Shown piece by piece: positions 20,763 to 30,714 of a stretch of 64,000 nt of DNA. The position numbers were made by a program, and so were the translations under genes. This DNA comes from Rickettsiales bacterium (lineage in GTDB: Bacteria; Pseudomonadota; Alphaproteobacteria; Rickettsiales; JAIXRX01), in NCBI GenBank assembly GCA_965247145.1, contig CBDFGH010000008.1:32345-96344 (forward strand). The letters are read 5' to 3'. Position 1 is the first letter of the stretch. Every line of letters starts with the position of its first letter. Under the pieces are notes generated by a model, which saw nothing but the letters and a program-made list of their open reading frames with translations, was not told the DNA's origin and did no database searches.

Positions 20763-22907
20763 CTACTCCCCGCTCTCCAATGCATCAAGCACGATGCGTG
20801 GCGTAAGCAGCTGCGGCAGGATGAGTGCGGGCTTTCCCTGCGGCGGATAATACACATAGAGCGGCACGCCGTTGCGCCCGAAATCGGCAAGAAATTCGGT
20901 GATCGCAGGATTTTCGCGCGTCCAGTCCGCCACCATGCTCACCACGCCTTTGGCGGCGAAGGCCTGCTTCACCGCTTCGTCGTTCAGGCTGCTGCGCTCG
21001 TTCACCTTGCAGGTGAGACACCAGGCCGCTGTGGCATCCACGAAAACGGGCGTCCCCGCCGCGCGTAGTTTTTCGATTTCCGCGGCGCTGAAAGCAATGC
21101 TTCCCGCATGTGACATGGGCGCACTCACCCGGTCCTGCGCGCCTTGATACAGCAATGCGCCCAACACCAGTAAGACCGCTGCGCCGAACAGAAGGCGGTA
21201 CGAACCCGCGCGGAACTGCACGAAGCGCCAAGCCCAGGCGGCCAATCCGACCCAGAACAAAGCGGCCAGATTCCAGGCCAGTCCCAGCGCACCCAGTTGC
21301 TGCGCCACCACCCAAAGCAGCCAAAGTGCGGCAGCGAACATCGGGAAGGCGAGAATCTCCTTCAGCCGCTGCATCCACACGCCCGGTTTCGGCATGCGGC
21401 GCACCAGATGCGGGAAAACCGATAGCAGCAGGAACGGCAGGGCGAGGCCGATGCCAAGCGCCAGGAAAATCGCCATCGCGGCCAGTGGCGGCAAGGTCAG
21501 CGCCGCGCCCAAAGCCCCGGCCATGAAAGGTGCGGTGCAAGGCGTGGCAACCAAGGCCGCGAGCAGCCCACCGAAGAAACTGGCACCGTAGGGATGATGC
21601 TGCGCGTCCGGCCCATGCGTATTCGCGCCCAGCAAGGGCCATTCGAACAACCCGGCGAGATTCAAGCCCATCAGCAGGAACAAGCAGCACAAAGCCGAAA
21701 CGAAGCCCGGCTGCTGCAACTGGAAACCCCAGCCCAGCGATTGCCCGCCCGCTTTCAACAGCAGCAACCCGCCACCCAGAACCGCGAAGCACAACAGTAC
21801 GCCCGCCGTGTAAGCCAGCCCATGCAGCCGCACCACGCGCGGCGCGGCGTCCGCCTTGCGCGCAATGGCCAAAGCTTTCAGCGAGAGCACCGGAAACACG
21901 CATGGCATGGCGTTGAGAATCAGGCCACCGATCAGCGCAAACAAAATCGCCAACCCGAAGCCCAGCGGCGCGGGCGTATTCGTGGGAAGAGCTGCAGGCA
22001 AAGCCGCGCTGGGTGCGGAAATTTCCGGCTGCGGCGTGGCCGCATTTTCCTGCGAAACTATCGCGGCATTCACCACACCGTGGCGATGATAGGTGACTTG
22101 CCAGGCCTTGATTCCGTCTGTCGTTTTGGCGGTGATCACGGCCTGCACCGAATCCTCCGCCGCCACGGCGCCTTTGGGCAGAGTAAGCGCTACATCTCCC
22201 CCGTCCGTACCGCTGTGCTCGGCCTTGGAAATGGCGGTGACACCGGGCGTCAGCACCAGCAGATCCCATTCGGAAACCGCCTCCTCGGTGGGCGCGACCG
22301 TGTTGAAAGTGATTTCTTTCGCTTCCGGCGAGGTCATGAAGATGGCGCTTTTGTCGGGCCATATCTGCGGAATTCGCGCTTGTGCCGCCGCCAAATTCGG
22401 CGCTTCCATCGCGCTTTTCGCCGCCGCAGCTTGGCCCTTGGTCAAGGTCAGCGCGAATTCCGCTTTCTCCGGCACGCAGATGTCGTGGCAGATGAGCATG
22501 GCGAGCTTGACGGTGACGGGCACCGAACCGGCCAGGGATTTCGGCGGCGTGACCGGCAGCAGGAAAGTGGCCTTGCCCGCATACCCGTAATTATACAGCC
22601 CTTCGGTCTCAAAGCGCTCCGGCACCGGGAAGTGCAATGGCCCGGCGACGAAACCTTCCGGCGCGACCAGCTTCACCTCGGTGGGGATGCCGGAATCGCC
22701 GGGGTTGGCCCAGTAATAATGCCAGTCTGATTGCGATTCGACTTCGACGCCGAGGAAGAACGGCACCTCCCCCGCCACCGCATCCGGCGCGATGAGGCGG
22801 GCGCGGGCATGGCCGGTTCCCACCCAGGGCGAAATGTTTTCCGCCTGTGCGGCGGTAGCGAACAGCAGGCAAAGCAGCAGAGAGAGCCAACGCATGGGGA
22901 AGATCAT
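20763..22907 (-). CDS. Protein-disulfide reductase, DsbD family
   Basis: N-domain WHYYWANPGDSG and CHDIC; membrane domain LNAMPCVFPV and ATPCTAPFM; thioredoxin WCLTC. Confidence 0.93.
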   Translation of the reverse strand: MIFPMRWLSLLLCLLFATAAQAENISPWVGTGHARARLIAPDAVAGEVPFFLGVEVESQSDWHYYWANPGDSGIPTEVKLVAPEGFVAGPLHFPVPERFETEGLYNYGYAGKATFLLPVTPPKSLAGSVPVTVKLAMLICHDICVPEKAEFALTLTKGQAAAAKSAMEAPNLAAAQARIPQIWPDKSAIFMTSPEAKEITFNTVAPTEEAVSEWDLLVLTPGVTAISKAEHSGTDGGDVALTLPKGAVAAEDSVQAVITAKTTDGIKAWQVTYHRHGVVNAAIVSQENAATPQPEISAPSAALPAALPTNTPAPLGFGLAILFALIGGLILNAMPCVFPVLSLKALAIARKADAAPRVVRLHGLAYTAGVLLCFAVLGGGLLLLKAGGQSLGWGFQLQQPGFVSALCCLFLLMGLNLAGLFEWPLLGANTHGPDAQHHPYGASFFGGLLAALVATPCTAPFMAGALGAALTLPPLAAMAIFLALGIGLALPFLLLSVFPHLVRRMPKPGVWMQRLKEILAFPMFAAALWLLWVVAQQLGALGLAWNLAALFWVGLAAWAWRFVQFRAGSYRLLFGAAVLLVLGALLYQGAQDRVSAPMSHAGSIAFSAAEIEKLRAAGTPVFVDATAAWCLTCKVNERSSLNDEAVKQAFAAKGVVSMVADWTRENPAITEFLADFGRNGVPLYVYYPPQGKPALILPQLLTPRIVLDALESGE

Positions 22908-22918
22908 GAAGGGCTCCG

Positions 22919-23500
22919 TTATGGGTGGGATGCGGTGACCGCGCGCACGAATGCCGCATAGCCCCGCGTGATTTCGGCGAGCTCATGCTCAAGCATCGGC
23001 AGCAAAGACCCGTCCGCCTCGAAAGCGCTAGCCGAATCGCCCAGCGCCATTTGGCGGGGATAGAGATGCACATGCAGGGATTCGAGCGGCACGCGCAGCT
23101 GCGCCAGCCCTTGCGAGCCGCCACGGCGGGAGGGCGAGGCCGAAAGCAGCAGCGCGCTTTTATGCGCGAAAGGATTCGGCCGCAGGCAGGAAATCCAATC
23201 GATGAGGTTTTTCAGCGCAGCGGGAAACGACCAATTATATTCCGGGCTGGCGATGACCAGACCATCCGCTTTTTCCAGCGCTTCCAGAAAACGCAGCCCG
23301 CCTTCGGGCATGGTCTCGCGGGTGGGAATCACTTCCGCAAACATCGGCAGCGAGAAATCGTCGAATGCATGCAGCGCCACAGAAGCGCCCGCTTCTTCTA
23401 GATGTGTCGCCGCGCGGCGCAACAGCCGCTCGTTCGAGGAACCGGGACGCAGGGTGGCGGCGAAAGCGAGAAGGCGGGGGGGTGTTTGCATGAATATCAT
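22919..23500 (-). CDS. NADPH-dependent FMN reductase
   Basis: LRPGSSN, SPEYN, LKNLIDWIS, SASP..GG. Confidence 0.9.
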   Translation of the reverse strand: MIFMQTPPRLLAFAATLRPGSSNERLLRRAATHLEEAGASVALHAFDDFSLPMFAEVIPTRETMPEGGLRFLEALEKADGLVIASPEYNWSFPAALKNLIDWISCLRPNPFAHKSALLLSASPSRRGGSQGLAQLRVPLESLHVHLYPRQMALGDSASAFEADGSLLPMLEHELAEITRGYAAFVRAVTASHP

Positions 23501-23575
23501 CGGCTACTGTAATGCCCGCGAAGGCGGGGAATCAGAAGCCCGCAGCGTATCGGGCCACGCGGCTTGGCGCAAGCT

Positions 23576-24196
23576 TTAGGCCGCCTGCAGCCATGCACGA
23601 AACAATGCGAAGGCCTGCGCCCGGTGGCTCATGCCCTGCTTGGCGGCGATGGGCATTTCGGCGAAAGTAGCGGTGTGGCCGAGGGGCACGAACATCGGGT
23701 CGTAGCCGAAGCCTTCCGCCCCACGCGGCGGCCAGGCCAGCACGCCCTCGGCCCGGCCTTCGAACCAGATGCAGGTGCCGTCCGGCGCAGCCAGGGCCAG
23801 CACGCAAGTGAAGTAGGCTTCGGTGCCAACGGGTTCGATGTCGCGGCGGCGCAGCGCTTCTGCCACCCGTTGCATGGCATGACCGAAATCCTTCTCCGGC
23901 CCGGCCCAGCGGGCGGAATAAATTCCCGGCGCACCCTCAAGCGCAGGCACCACCAGCCCCGAATCGTCCGAAAGTGCGAGCAGACCCGACCCCTTGGCGG
24001 AAGCATGCGCTTTCAGCGCGGCATTGGCCTCGAAGCTGTTGCCGGTTTCTTCCGGCTCCGGCAGCCGGAGGGCGGCGGCGGAGGTAATCTCCAAACCGAG
24101 ATCGGCGACCAGTGCACGCAGCTCGACCAGCTTGCCCTGATTGTGGCTGGCCAGCACCAAACGCTCGCCGCGCGTGGGTTTGCGCGGCTCGATCAT
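23576..24196 (-). CDS. rdgB: Non-canonical purine NTP pyrophosphatase
   Basis: [29 protein letters not shown]; ATG overlaps the rph stop. Confidence 0.96.
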   Translation of the reverse strand: MIEPRKPTRGERLVLASHNQGKLVELRALVADLGLEITSAAALRLPEPEETGNSFEANAALKAHASAKGSGLLALSDDSGLVVPALEGAPGIYSARWAGPEKDFGHAMQRVAEALRRRDIEPVGTEAYFTCVLALAAPDGTCIWFEGRAEGVLAWPPRGAEGFGYDPMFVPLGHTATFAEMPIAAKQGMSHRAQAFALFRAWLQAA

Positions 24197-24948
24197 GCGG
24201 CGGCGGCGCTGACCTGCGCCAAAGCTTGTTTCTGCATATCCACCAATTGCGCGATACCGTGCTGCGCCAGCGCGAGCATTTCCTGCAATTGCGCGGGGCT
24301 GAAGGGATCGTGCTCCGCCGTGCCTTGCACTTCCACCAGCAAGCCCTTGCCCGTCATCACGAAATTGCTGTCCACTTCGGCGGCGCTGTCCTCGGCGTAA
24401 TCGAGATCGAGCACGGCCTGCCCCTTGCTGATGCCGCAGGAGATGGCGGCCACATGGTCGAGCAGCGGGTTGCGCTTGATCTGGCCTTTGGCCACCAACG
24501 TGTTGATCGCCATCGCCATCGCCACATATCCACCGGTAATGCTGGCGGTGCGGGTGCCGCCATCCGCCTCGATCACGTCGCAATCGACGATGATCTGGCG
24601 CTCGCCCAGCGCTTCGAGATTCACCACCGCGCGCAGGCTGCGCCCTATCAAACGCTGGATTTCTATGGTGCGGCCGCCTTGCTTGCCCTTGGCCGCTTCG
24701 CGCGGGTTGCGGCTGTGGGTGGCGCGGGGCAGCATGCCATATTCGGCGGTCACCCAGCCTTTGCCGGTGTTGCGCAGGAAGGGCGGCACGCCGCTATCCA
24801 CCGTGGCGGTGCACAGCACCTGGGTGTGGCCGAAGCGCACGAGGCAGGAGCCTTCGGCATAGCGGCTAATGCCGGTTTGGAGCGATACGGCGCGCATCTC
24901 GTCGGGGCGGCGTCCGGTGGGGCGGGGCGTGAAAACAGGGTCGGTCAT
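24193..24948 (-). CDS. rph: Ribonuclease PH
   Basis: [38 protein letters not shown]. Confidence 0.98.
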   Translation of the reverse strand: MTDPVFTPRPTGRRPDEMRAVSLQTGISRYAEGSCLVRFGHTQVLCTATVDSGVPPFLRNTGKGWVTAEYGMLPRATHSRNPREAAKGKQGGRTIEIQRLIGRSLRAVVNLEALGERQIIVDCDVIEADGGTRTASITGGYVAMAMAINTLVAKGQIKRNPLLDHVAAISCGISKGQAVLDLDYAEDSAAEVDSNFVMTGKGLLVEVQGTAEHDPFSPAQLQEMLALAQHGIAQLVDMQKQALAQVSAAAA

Positions 24949-25105
24949 GGCGTTCCTCGGTGAATCTTTGTTCCTGCATGGCACGGTTGGGCCGCAGCCG
25001 CAACCCACCAGCCCCGAACGCGCCTGAGGGACGGACTTGAAAGGGCGGGCGATATTGCCTACATAAGCGCCCAACGCCTTATCATTTCGCCCGAAGGAGC
25101 CCGCG

Positions 25106-25735
25106 ATGGCCGACGCCGCCCACGCCAACGAAACCCCCGAAGCCGCCATTCCCGCCGAAGATGTCGAGATCATGCTGGAAAACGAGATTCCCGACACGGC
25201 GCCCGACACGGCGGAAGAAACCGCCACCGAAGACGCATCCGCCAGCCTGGAGCAGGAATTGCTGCTGATGAAGGATCAGCTGCTGCGCACGATGGCGGAC
25301 GCGGAGAATTACCGTAAACGCAGCCAGCGCGAGTTGGAAGACGCCAACAAATACGCGGTCACCGCCTTCGCGCGCGACATGGTGGGCGTGCTGGAAAACC
25401 TGCACCGCGCCATCGCCAACATCCCCGCCGAAGCGCGCGCGACCGACAAGAACCTCGATACTTTGGCCGAAGGCGTGGAGATGACGCAGCGCGAGCTGAT
25501 GAGCGCCTTCACCCGCCACGGCGTGCGCCGCCTCGATCCCGTGGCCGAAAAGTTCGACCATAATTTTCACCAGGCCGTGGCGCAGATCGAATCGGCGGAC
25601 GTGCCCGCCGGGCAGATCGCGCAAGTGCTGCAAGCCGGCTACGTCATTCACGACCGCCTGCTGCGCCCGGCCATGGTGGCGGTGAGCAAGGGTTCCGGCG
25701 GCGAAGCTCCGGCTGGGGTGGACACGCAGGCATAA
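25106..25735 (+). CDS. grpE: Nucleotide exchange factor GrpE
   Basis: [31 protein letters not shown]. Confidence 0.97.
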   Translation: MADAAHANETPEAAIPAEDVEIMLENEIPDTAPDTAEETATEDASASLEQELLLMKDQLLRTMADAENYRKRSQRELEDANKYAVTAFARDMVGVLENLHRAIANIPAEARATDKNLDTLAEGVEMTQRELMSAFTRHGVRRLDPVAEKFDHNFHQAVAQIESADVPAGQIAQVLQAGYVIHDRLLRPAMVAVSKGSGGEAPAGVDTQA

Positions 25736-25744
25736 CTTAATCTT

Positions 25745-25772
25745 GTCATCCTGCGACTGCGCGCAGGATGAC
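25745..25772. repeat. Collapsed single-hairpin copy of the GTCATCCTGCG element
   Basis: GTCATCCTGCG-ACTGCG-CGCAGGATGAC just after the grpE stop. Confidence 0.8.
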
Positions 25773-25837
25773 GGTGTGTGTTCTTGCCATCCCATATCGC
25801 GCGGCTATGATGCGGCAACTTTGCGCAAAGAGGTTTC

Positions 25838-26746
25838 ATGCTCTCCCGCTTCATGCCCATCCCCGACTTTCCCTTCTCGCGCGATGCATCGTCACGCTTC
25901 CTGCCGTGGATCATCGGGGGGTTGAGTTTTCTCGCGGCCATTCTGCTGTTCGCCGCCGTTTCCATGCAGGCGCAGCTTTCGGCGAACCGGGCGCATATGA
26001 GCCGTATGCTCACCGTGCACATTCCCGCCAATCTCGACGTGCCGCAATCGCTGCTGGTCGGCCAGGTGCAGGAAGCACTGAGCGCAGACGGGCGCGTGGC
26101 CAAAAGCGTGCAGGTGGGACAGACGGAACTGCGCGCCCTGGTCAGCCCCTGGCTGGGCAGCGCCGCCGCCCAAAGCGAAGCCCTGCCCCTGCCCGTGCTG
26201 ATCGAGGTGGAACTGAAAGCCGACGCCAGCGCCGATATCGGGGGCTTGAGCGACACTATTCAGCGCGTGCATGGCGGCATCCGCGTGCAATCCTATGCGG
26301 CGTGGCTGGAGGATTACCTGCACACGCTGCGCGTGATGCAGATCGCCACTTTGGCCCTGGCGCTGCTGCTGCTGGCGGTGGCCGCTCTGGTCGTCACTTT
26401 CGCGGCGCGCATGTCGCTCACCATCCATTACCCGGCGGTGAATCTGCTGCATTCCTTCGGCGCCACGCCGGATTATATCGCCCGCCAGTTTCAATGGCAC
26501 GCGGCCCAACTGGCGCTGAAAGGCGCGCTGCCGGGCATCGCGCTGGGCGGCATTCTCTTCACCGTGATGGGCTTGCGTCTGGCGGGCGGTTCGGGCGAGA
26601 CGCTGCTGCCGGATATGCGCTGGACCATCGGGCATGCCTTCTGCCTGCTGGTATTGCTGGGCGGCACAGCGGGTATCGCCATCGGTTCGGCGCGGCGTTC
26701 GGTGTTGCGCGGATTGCTGCGCCCCGCCCCGCGCGCGGCTTTGTAG
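25838..26746 (+). CDS. ftsX: Cell division permease FtsX-like
   Basis: N-terminal TM, periplasmic PWLG...LPLPVLIEV, LLHSFGATPDYIARQF, three C-terminal TMs. Confidence 0.85.
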   Translation: MLSRFMPIPDFPFSRDASSRFLPWIIGGLSFLAAILLFAAVSMQAQLSANRAHMSRMLTVHIPANLDVPQSLLVGQVQEALSADGRVAKSVQVGQTELRALVSPWLGSAAAQSEALPLPVLIEVELKADASADIGGLSDTIQRVHGGIRVQSYAAWLEDYLHTLRVMQIATLALALLLLAVAALVVTFAARMSLTIHYPAVNLLHSFGATPDYIARQFQWHAAQLALKGALPGIALGGILFTVMGLRLAGGSGETLLPDMRWTIGHAFCLLVLLGGTAGIAIGSARRSVLRGLLRPAPRAAL

Positions 26747-26750
26747 CTCC

Positions 26751-27362
26751 ATGCTGCGCGTAGCCGTCAAAACGCTGCTCCTTTCCTTTTGTGCGATTCT
26801 GCTCGTGAGTTTCATCGCTTTCCTGCTGGCGGTGCCGAATCGCGCCAGCGAAAGCGCGGAGCATGCGGATGCGGTGGTGGTGCTGACCGGCGGCGGCCAA
26901 CGCGTCGAGCTGGGTTTCGAGCGGCTGATGCAGGAACGCGCCGACCGCCTCTTCATCACCGGCGTCAACTGCGATGCGCGCCGCGACGAGATCTTCGCTA
27001 CCTTCAAAAGCCTCGACCGCGCGGCCTACAAAAAACTCAAAGACAAGATCGAGCTCGGCTACGTCGCGCGCGATACGGTAGGCAATGCGCTGGAAGTGGC
27101 GGCCTGGGTCGCCGCGCAGGAAACACCCGTCCATTCCCTGCGCGTGGTCACCGCCAGCTACCATATGCCGCGCGCTTTGTGGGAACTGCGCCGTGCCTTG
27201 CCCGGCGTGCATTTGATCGCGGACCCCGCTTTTCCCGCGCCCTTCGACAACGCCCCCTGGTGGCGCACCGAACAGGGCCGCCGCCTGACGCTCAGCGAAT
27301 ATCTAAAGATCGTCTTCAGTGTCATCCGTCCGCTGCTGCCGCTGCGTGTGGGGCGCGCTTAG
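26751..27362 (+). CDS. YdcF/DUF218-family protein
   Basis: DAVVVLTGG, DTVGNA, VTASYHMPRA, SEYLK. Confidence 0.9.
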   Translation: MLRVAVKTLLLSFCAILLVSFIAFLLAVPNRASESAEHADAVVVLTGGGQRVELGFERLMQERADRLFITGVNCDARRDEIFATFKSLDRAAYKKLKDKIELGYVARDTVGNALEVAAWVAAQETPVHSLRVVTASYHMPRALWELRRALPGVHLIADPAFPAPFDNAPWWRTEQGRRLTLSEYLKIVFSVIRPLLPLRVGRA

Positions 27363-28072
27363 TGCTGTTCCTCCGTTCCCTTGCCTTCAATTTATTGTTC
27401 AGCGCCTGGACCTACGGGCTCGCTTTCTTCGCCCTGCCCTGCCTGATCGCGCCGAAACGCCTGGGCGGTTTCGCCATCGCGCGGCTGTGGGGGCGGGGAA
27501 ATCTCTGGCTGCTGCGCGTCTGTTGCGATATTCACTACCGCATCGAGGGGCTGGAACATCTGCCGCCGGGCCCGGCCCTCATCGTCAGTAAGCATCAATC
27601 GGCGTGGGATACGTTGGTGTTCTGGCCCGTGCTGCGCAAACCAGCTTACGTGCTGAAAAAAGAATTGCTACACCTGCCCTTTTTCGGCTGGTACTTGAGC
27701 CGCCTGGGCATGGTGGCGATCGACCGCCAGGGCGGCGGGGCGGCGGCGAAAGCGATGATCGCCGAAGCGAAACAGCGCGCCGCCGAAGGCCGCAAAATCG
27801 TGATATTCCCCGAAGGCACCCGCGTGCCGTTCGGCAAAAAGGGTGATTATCAGGCCGGGGCCGCCATGCTGGCCGGGCAGTTGAAACTGCCGATCATTCC
27901 CGTCGCGCTGAATTCCGGCGCATTATGGGCACGCAAAGCCTTCACCAAATATCCCGGCACCATCACCCTTCGCTTCCTGCCCGCCATTGAGCAAGGCGGC
28001 GGCACGCGCGAACTGCTCGCGCGCATGGAGGCGGCGGTGGAAGAGGGTTGCGCTGGGCTGATCAAAACATAA
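27362..28072 (+). CDS. plsC: 1-acyl-sn-glycerol-3-phosphate acyltransferase
   Basis: KHQSAWDT (HX4D), FPEGTR, IPVALNSG; GTG overlaps the upstream TAG. Confidence 0.92.
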   Translation: MLFLRSLAFNLLFSAWTYGLAFFALPCLIAPKRLGGFAIARLWGRGNLWLLRVCCDIHYRIEGLEHLPPGPALIVSKHQSAWDTLVFWPVLRKPAYVLKKELLHLPFFGWYLSRLGMVAIDRQGGGAAAKAMIAEAKQRAAEGRKIVIFPEGTRVPFGKKGDYQAGAAMLAGQLKLPIIPVALNSGALWARKAFTKYPGTITLRFLPAIEQGGGTRELLARMEAAVEEGCAGLIKT

Positions 28073-28079
28073 CACTGCC

Positions 28080-28223
28080 CGTCATTCCCCGAATTCCGCA
28101 AAGCGAAATTATAGGGGAATCCATGAGATAGGTCCTGCATAGGGCACTGTATATTTGTCGCAAGAAACCAGGGACTGTGTGGATTCCCCTATAATTTTAC
28201 TGCGTAAAATTCGGGGAATGACG
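28080..28223. repeat. Palindromic element (GTCATTCCCCGAATT subfamily)
   Basis: CGTCATTCCCCGAATT...AATTATAGGGGAATCCA / TGGATTCCCCTATAATT...AATTCGGGGAATGACG. Confidence 0.88.
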
Positions 28224-28240
28224 AGGATCGAATTTTAGGC

Positions 28241-28984
28241 CTAAACCGTCTCGATCACCAGTTTGCCTTCGTTCAGCCGCAGCACGGGATATTGATCGAA
28301 CTCTTCCATCAGCCCCTGATCATGCGTGGCGAAGACGATGGCGGTGCCCCAGCGGTGGAGGGCTTCGAAGAGATACATGATCTTCTTGCTCAGCACGGGG
28401 TCGAGATTCCCGGTGGGTTCATCCGCCAGCAGAATATCCGGCTTGGCGATGACGGCGCGGGCGATGGCGACGCGCTGCTTCTGCCCGCCGCTCAAAATCT
28501 CCGGGCGGCTTGTCGCATGTTTGCCGATACCGACCCATTCCAGCATCTCGCGCACCTGGCGCTGAATCACTTCTGGACGCACGCCCGCCACTTTCAGCGG
28601 CAGGCCCACATTTTCTTCCACGGTCAGATGATGCAGCAGGCGGTAATCCTGCCAGACCACGCCCACGCGACGGCGCAAGGCGGGAAGCTCGGATACTTCC
28701 AAACTGCGCAGATCTTTGCCGAACAGGCTGACCTTGCCGCGGTTCGGCGTGCGCAGCAGCGCGAGAATATTCAACAGCGAGGATTTCCCCGCGCCGCTCG
28801 GGCCGGTGAGGAAATGAAACGTGCCAGCTTTCAACGAAAGATTGATGTCGCGCAGCACATCCTGGCCTTGGCCGTAGGAAAGGAAGATATGTTCCAGCCG
28901 CAGGATGCTGGCGGCCAGTTCCGGCTCCGGCGGGGCGACGGGCGGCTCATGGATCGCTGGGTCGAGGACGGTGCTGGCGAGCAT
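28241..28984 (-). CDS. ftsE: Cell division ABC ATPase FtsE
   Basis: FHFLTGPSGAGKSSLL, QDYRLL, LSGGQKQR, ADEPTGNLD, ATHD. Confidence 0.93.
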   Translation of the reverse strand: MLASTVLDPAIHEPPVAPPEPELAASILRLEHIFLSYGQGQDVLRDINLSLKAGTFHFLTGPSGAGKSSLLNILALLRTPNRGKVSLFGKDLRSLEVSELPALRRRVGVVWQDYRLLHHLTVEENVGLPLKVAGVRPEVIQRQVREMLEWVGIGKHATSRPEILSGGQKQRVAIARAVIAKPDILLADEPTGNLDPVLSKKIMYLFEALHRWGTAIVFATHDQGLMEEFDQYPVLRLNEGKLVIETV

Positions 28985-29162
28985 GCGAAGGACCAAACTG
29001 GGATGGATGTTTTCTTACAGGCGGGGGCATTGTACAAGCGGGCAGGAATGCGGGCTTTCGTTTCCCGGTGCGCGCCGTATAATGCACCCGTATCATGGCC
29101 AGCGAATTTGCGTTTGTCAGCTTCTATCGCACATGTGGCGCCACCTTTGGAAAAGAGATCGC

Positions 29163-29903
29163 ATGATTCTGGAATGCTCCGAATGCCGCGCCCGTTTCCT
29201 GATCGCCGATGCCGCGCTCGGCGTGGCGGGGCGGAATGTGCGCTGCGGGCGGTGTAAGCACCAATGGCACCAGGACCCGCTGATGGACACCACCGCCATC
29301 GGCCCCCTGCCCAAGCCGCGCGCGCGCGATTCGGAAATTCCCGCGCCGCAGGACTTCCTTTCCCACATGGCCGTCCAGGAAAGCGCCGATTCCGCCCTGG
29401 GCGGTATCATCTACGACGAACGCCGCGTGCCCGCCTTGCGCCCTCGCCGCCCCGCGCCGCTCTGGATGCGCGCGGGTGCCGCCCTCACACTGGCCGCTTC
29501 CCTTCTGGTGGCGCTGCTCGCCCATGCGCCTTGGCTGGATGCGCACTTGCCCGCCAGCCGCCCGTTGCTCGCCGCCTTCGGCGCGCGCCCCAGCACCGGG
29601 CTCACACTGGCGGATGTCGCTTTCAGCAAGAAGGAGGAAGCCAACGGCATGCGCTATACCTTGGGCTGCGCGGTGCGCAATATGGGTGCCACCACCCAGT
29701 CTCTGCCGGAATTGCGGATGCAGATGCAGGGGCGCAGCGGCGGGCTCGTGCTGAATGCGCATCGTCTCCTCGCCCCCATCCCCCGCATCGCGGCGGGGGA
29801 CGAAATCCCCTGCGATATTCCCCCCGCTCTGCTGCATACTGGCGCAGCCAGCCGCATCGCGCTCGATCTGGGCAGCCCATGGGAATTGTGGTTGCGCCGC
29901 TAA
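29163..29903 (+). CDS. MJ0042-type zinc-ribbon membrane protein (DUF3426-like)
   Basis: MILECSECRARF...GRNVRCGRCKHQW, central TM; divergent from ftsE as is common in Alphaproteobacteria. Confidence 0.85.
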   Translation: MILECSECRARFLIADAALGVAGRNVRCGRCKHQWHQDPLMDTTAIGPLPKPRARDSEIPAPQDFLSHMAVQESADSALGGIIYDERRVPALRPRRPAPLWMRAGAALTLAASLLVALLAHAPWLDAHLPASRPLLAAFGARPSTGLTLADVAFSKKEEANGMRYTLGCAVRNMGATTQSLPELRMQMQGRSGGLVLNAHRLLAPIPRIAAGDEIPCDIPPALLHTGAASRIALDLGSPWELWLRR

Positions 29904-29986
29904 TCGGCGGATTTCAAGACTTTCCGCTTTACAGCCGCGCCAAGCGCTGGCAATCACAAACCATTCACCCCCATTGATGTGTTTCT

Positions 29987-30517
29987 ATGTCGCGCCCGAT
30001 TCCGGTCTTGTTCACCGCCCAGCAAATCCAGGAACGCATCCATGATCTGGCGGGCGAGATCGCGGCCAGCATGCCGCCGGAAACTGTGCTCGTCGCCCTG
30101 CTGAAAGGCAGCTTCATCTTCGCCGCCGATCTGGTGCGCGCCCTGCACCGCACCGGCATGAAGCCCCAGATCGATTTCATGACCCTGCGCTCCTACGGCA
30201 AAGGCACCGAAAGCAGCGGCAAAGTCGACATCGTGCAGGACATCAGCGAGGAAGTGGCGGGCCGCCCGGTGCTGATCGTGGACGACATTCTGGAGTCCGG
30301 CCGCACATTGGCTTTCGCACGCAACCTGCTCAATGCCCGCGGCGCGACGGATGTGAAAGTGGTGGTGCTGCTGGAAAAGCCCGGCAAGCTCAAAACCCCG
30401 GTCGAAACCGATTTCCTCGGCTTCACCGTGCCGGATCGCTTCGTGGTGGGATATGGCCTGGATTACGCGGGCTATTACCGCGAGTTGCCTTTTGTGGGCT
30501 ATCTCGAGGCACACTAA
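29987..30517 (+). CDS. hpt: Hypoxanthine phosphoribosyltransferase
   Basis: LKGSFIFAADL, VLIVDDILESGRT, FVVGYGLD. Confidence 0.97.
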   Translation: MSRPIPVLFTAQQIQERIHDLAGEIAASMPPETVLVALLKGSFIFAADLVRALHRTGMKPQIDFMTLRSYGKGTESSGKVDIVQDISEEVAGRPVLIVDDILESGRTLAFARNLLNARGATDVKVVVLLEKPGKLKTPVETDFLGFTVPDRFVVGYGLDYAGYYRELPFVGYLEAH

Positions 30518-30714
30518 GCTTCGTGATTCCTGAATGGGCTTTGACGATTGTAAAAGAAATTTACATCGAATTCCTCCCACTCCGCACTTGATGCCGAGTG
30601 GGGACGAAACGCCGGAACAGCACTCCACATCAAGCGTGGCGTGTGAAAGCTTGAAGTTTGCAACATGAACTGCGCCATCATTCCCTTCTGGAAAATTCAG
30701 CGAATGACAAAGCG

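Noticed and set aside
882-28223. Palindromic repeats considered as a CRISPR array
   Set aside because: They are dispersed inverted doublets, not direct repeats with regular spacers, and no cas genes are present.
30514-30681. Small minus-strand ORF (MMAQFMLQTSS...RNHEA) between lysA and hpt
   Set aside because: About 55 codons with no recognisable motif; cannot be told apart from chance, although a weak RBS is present.
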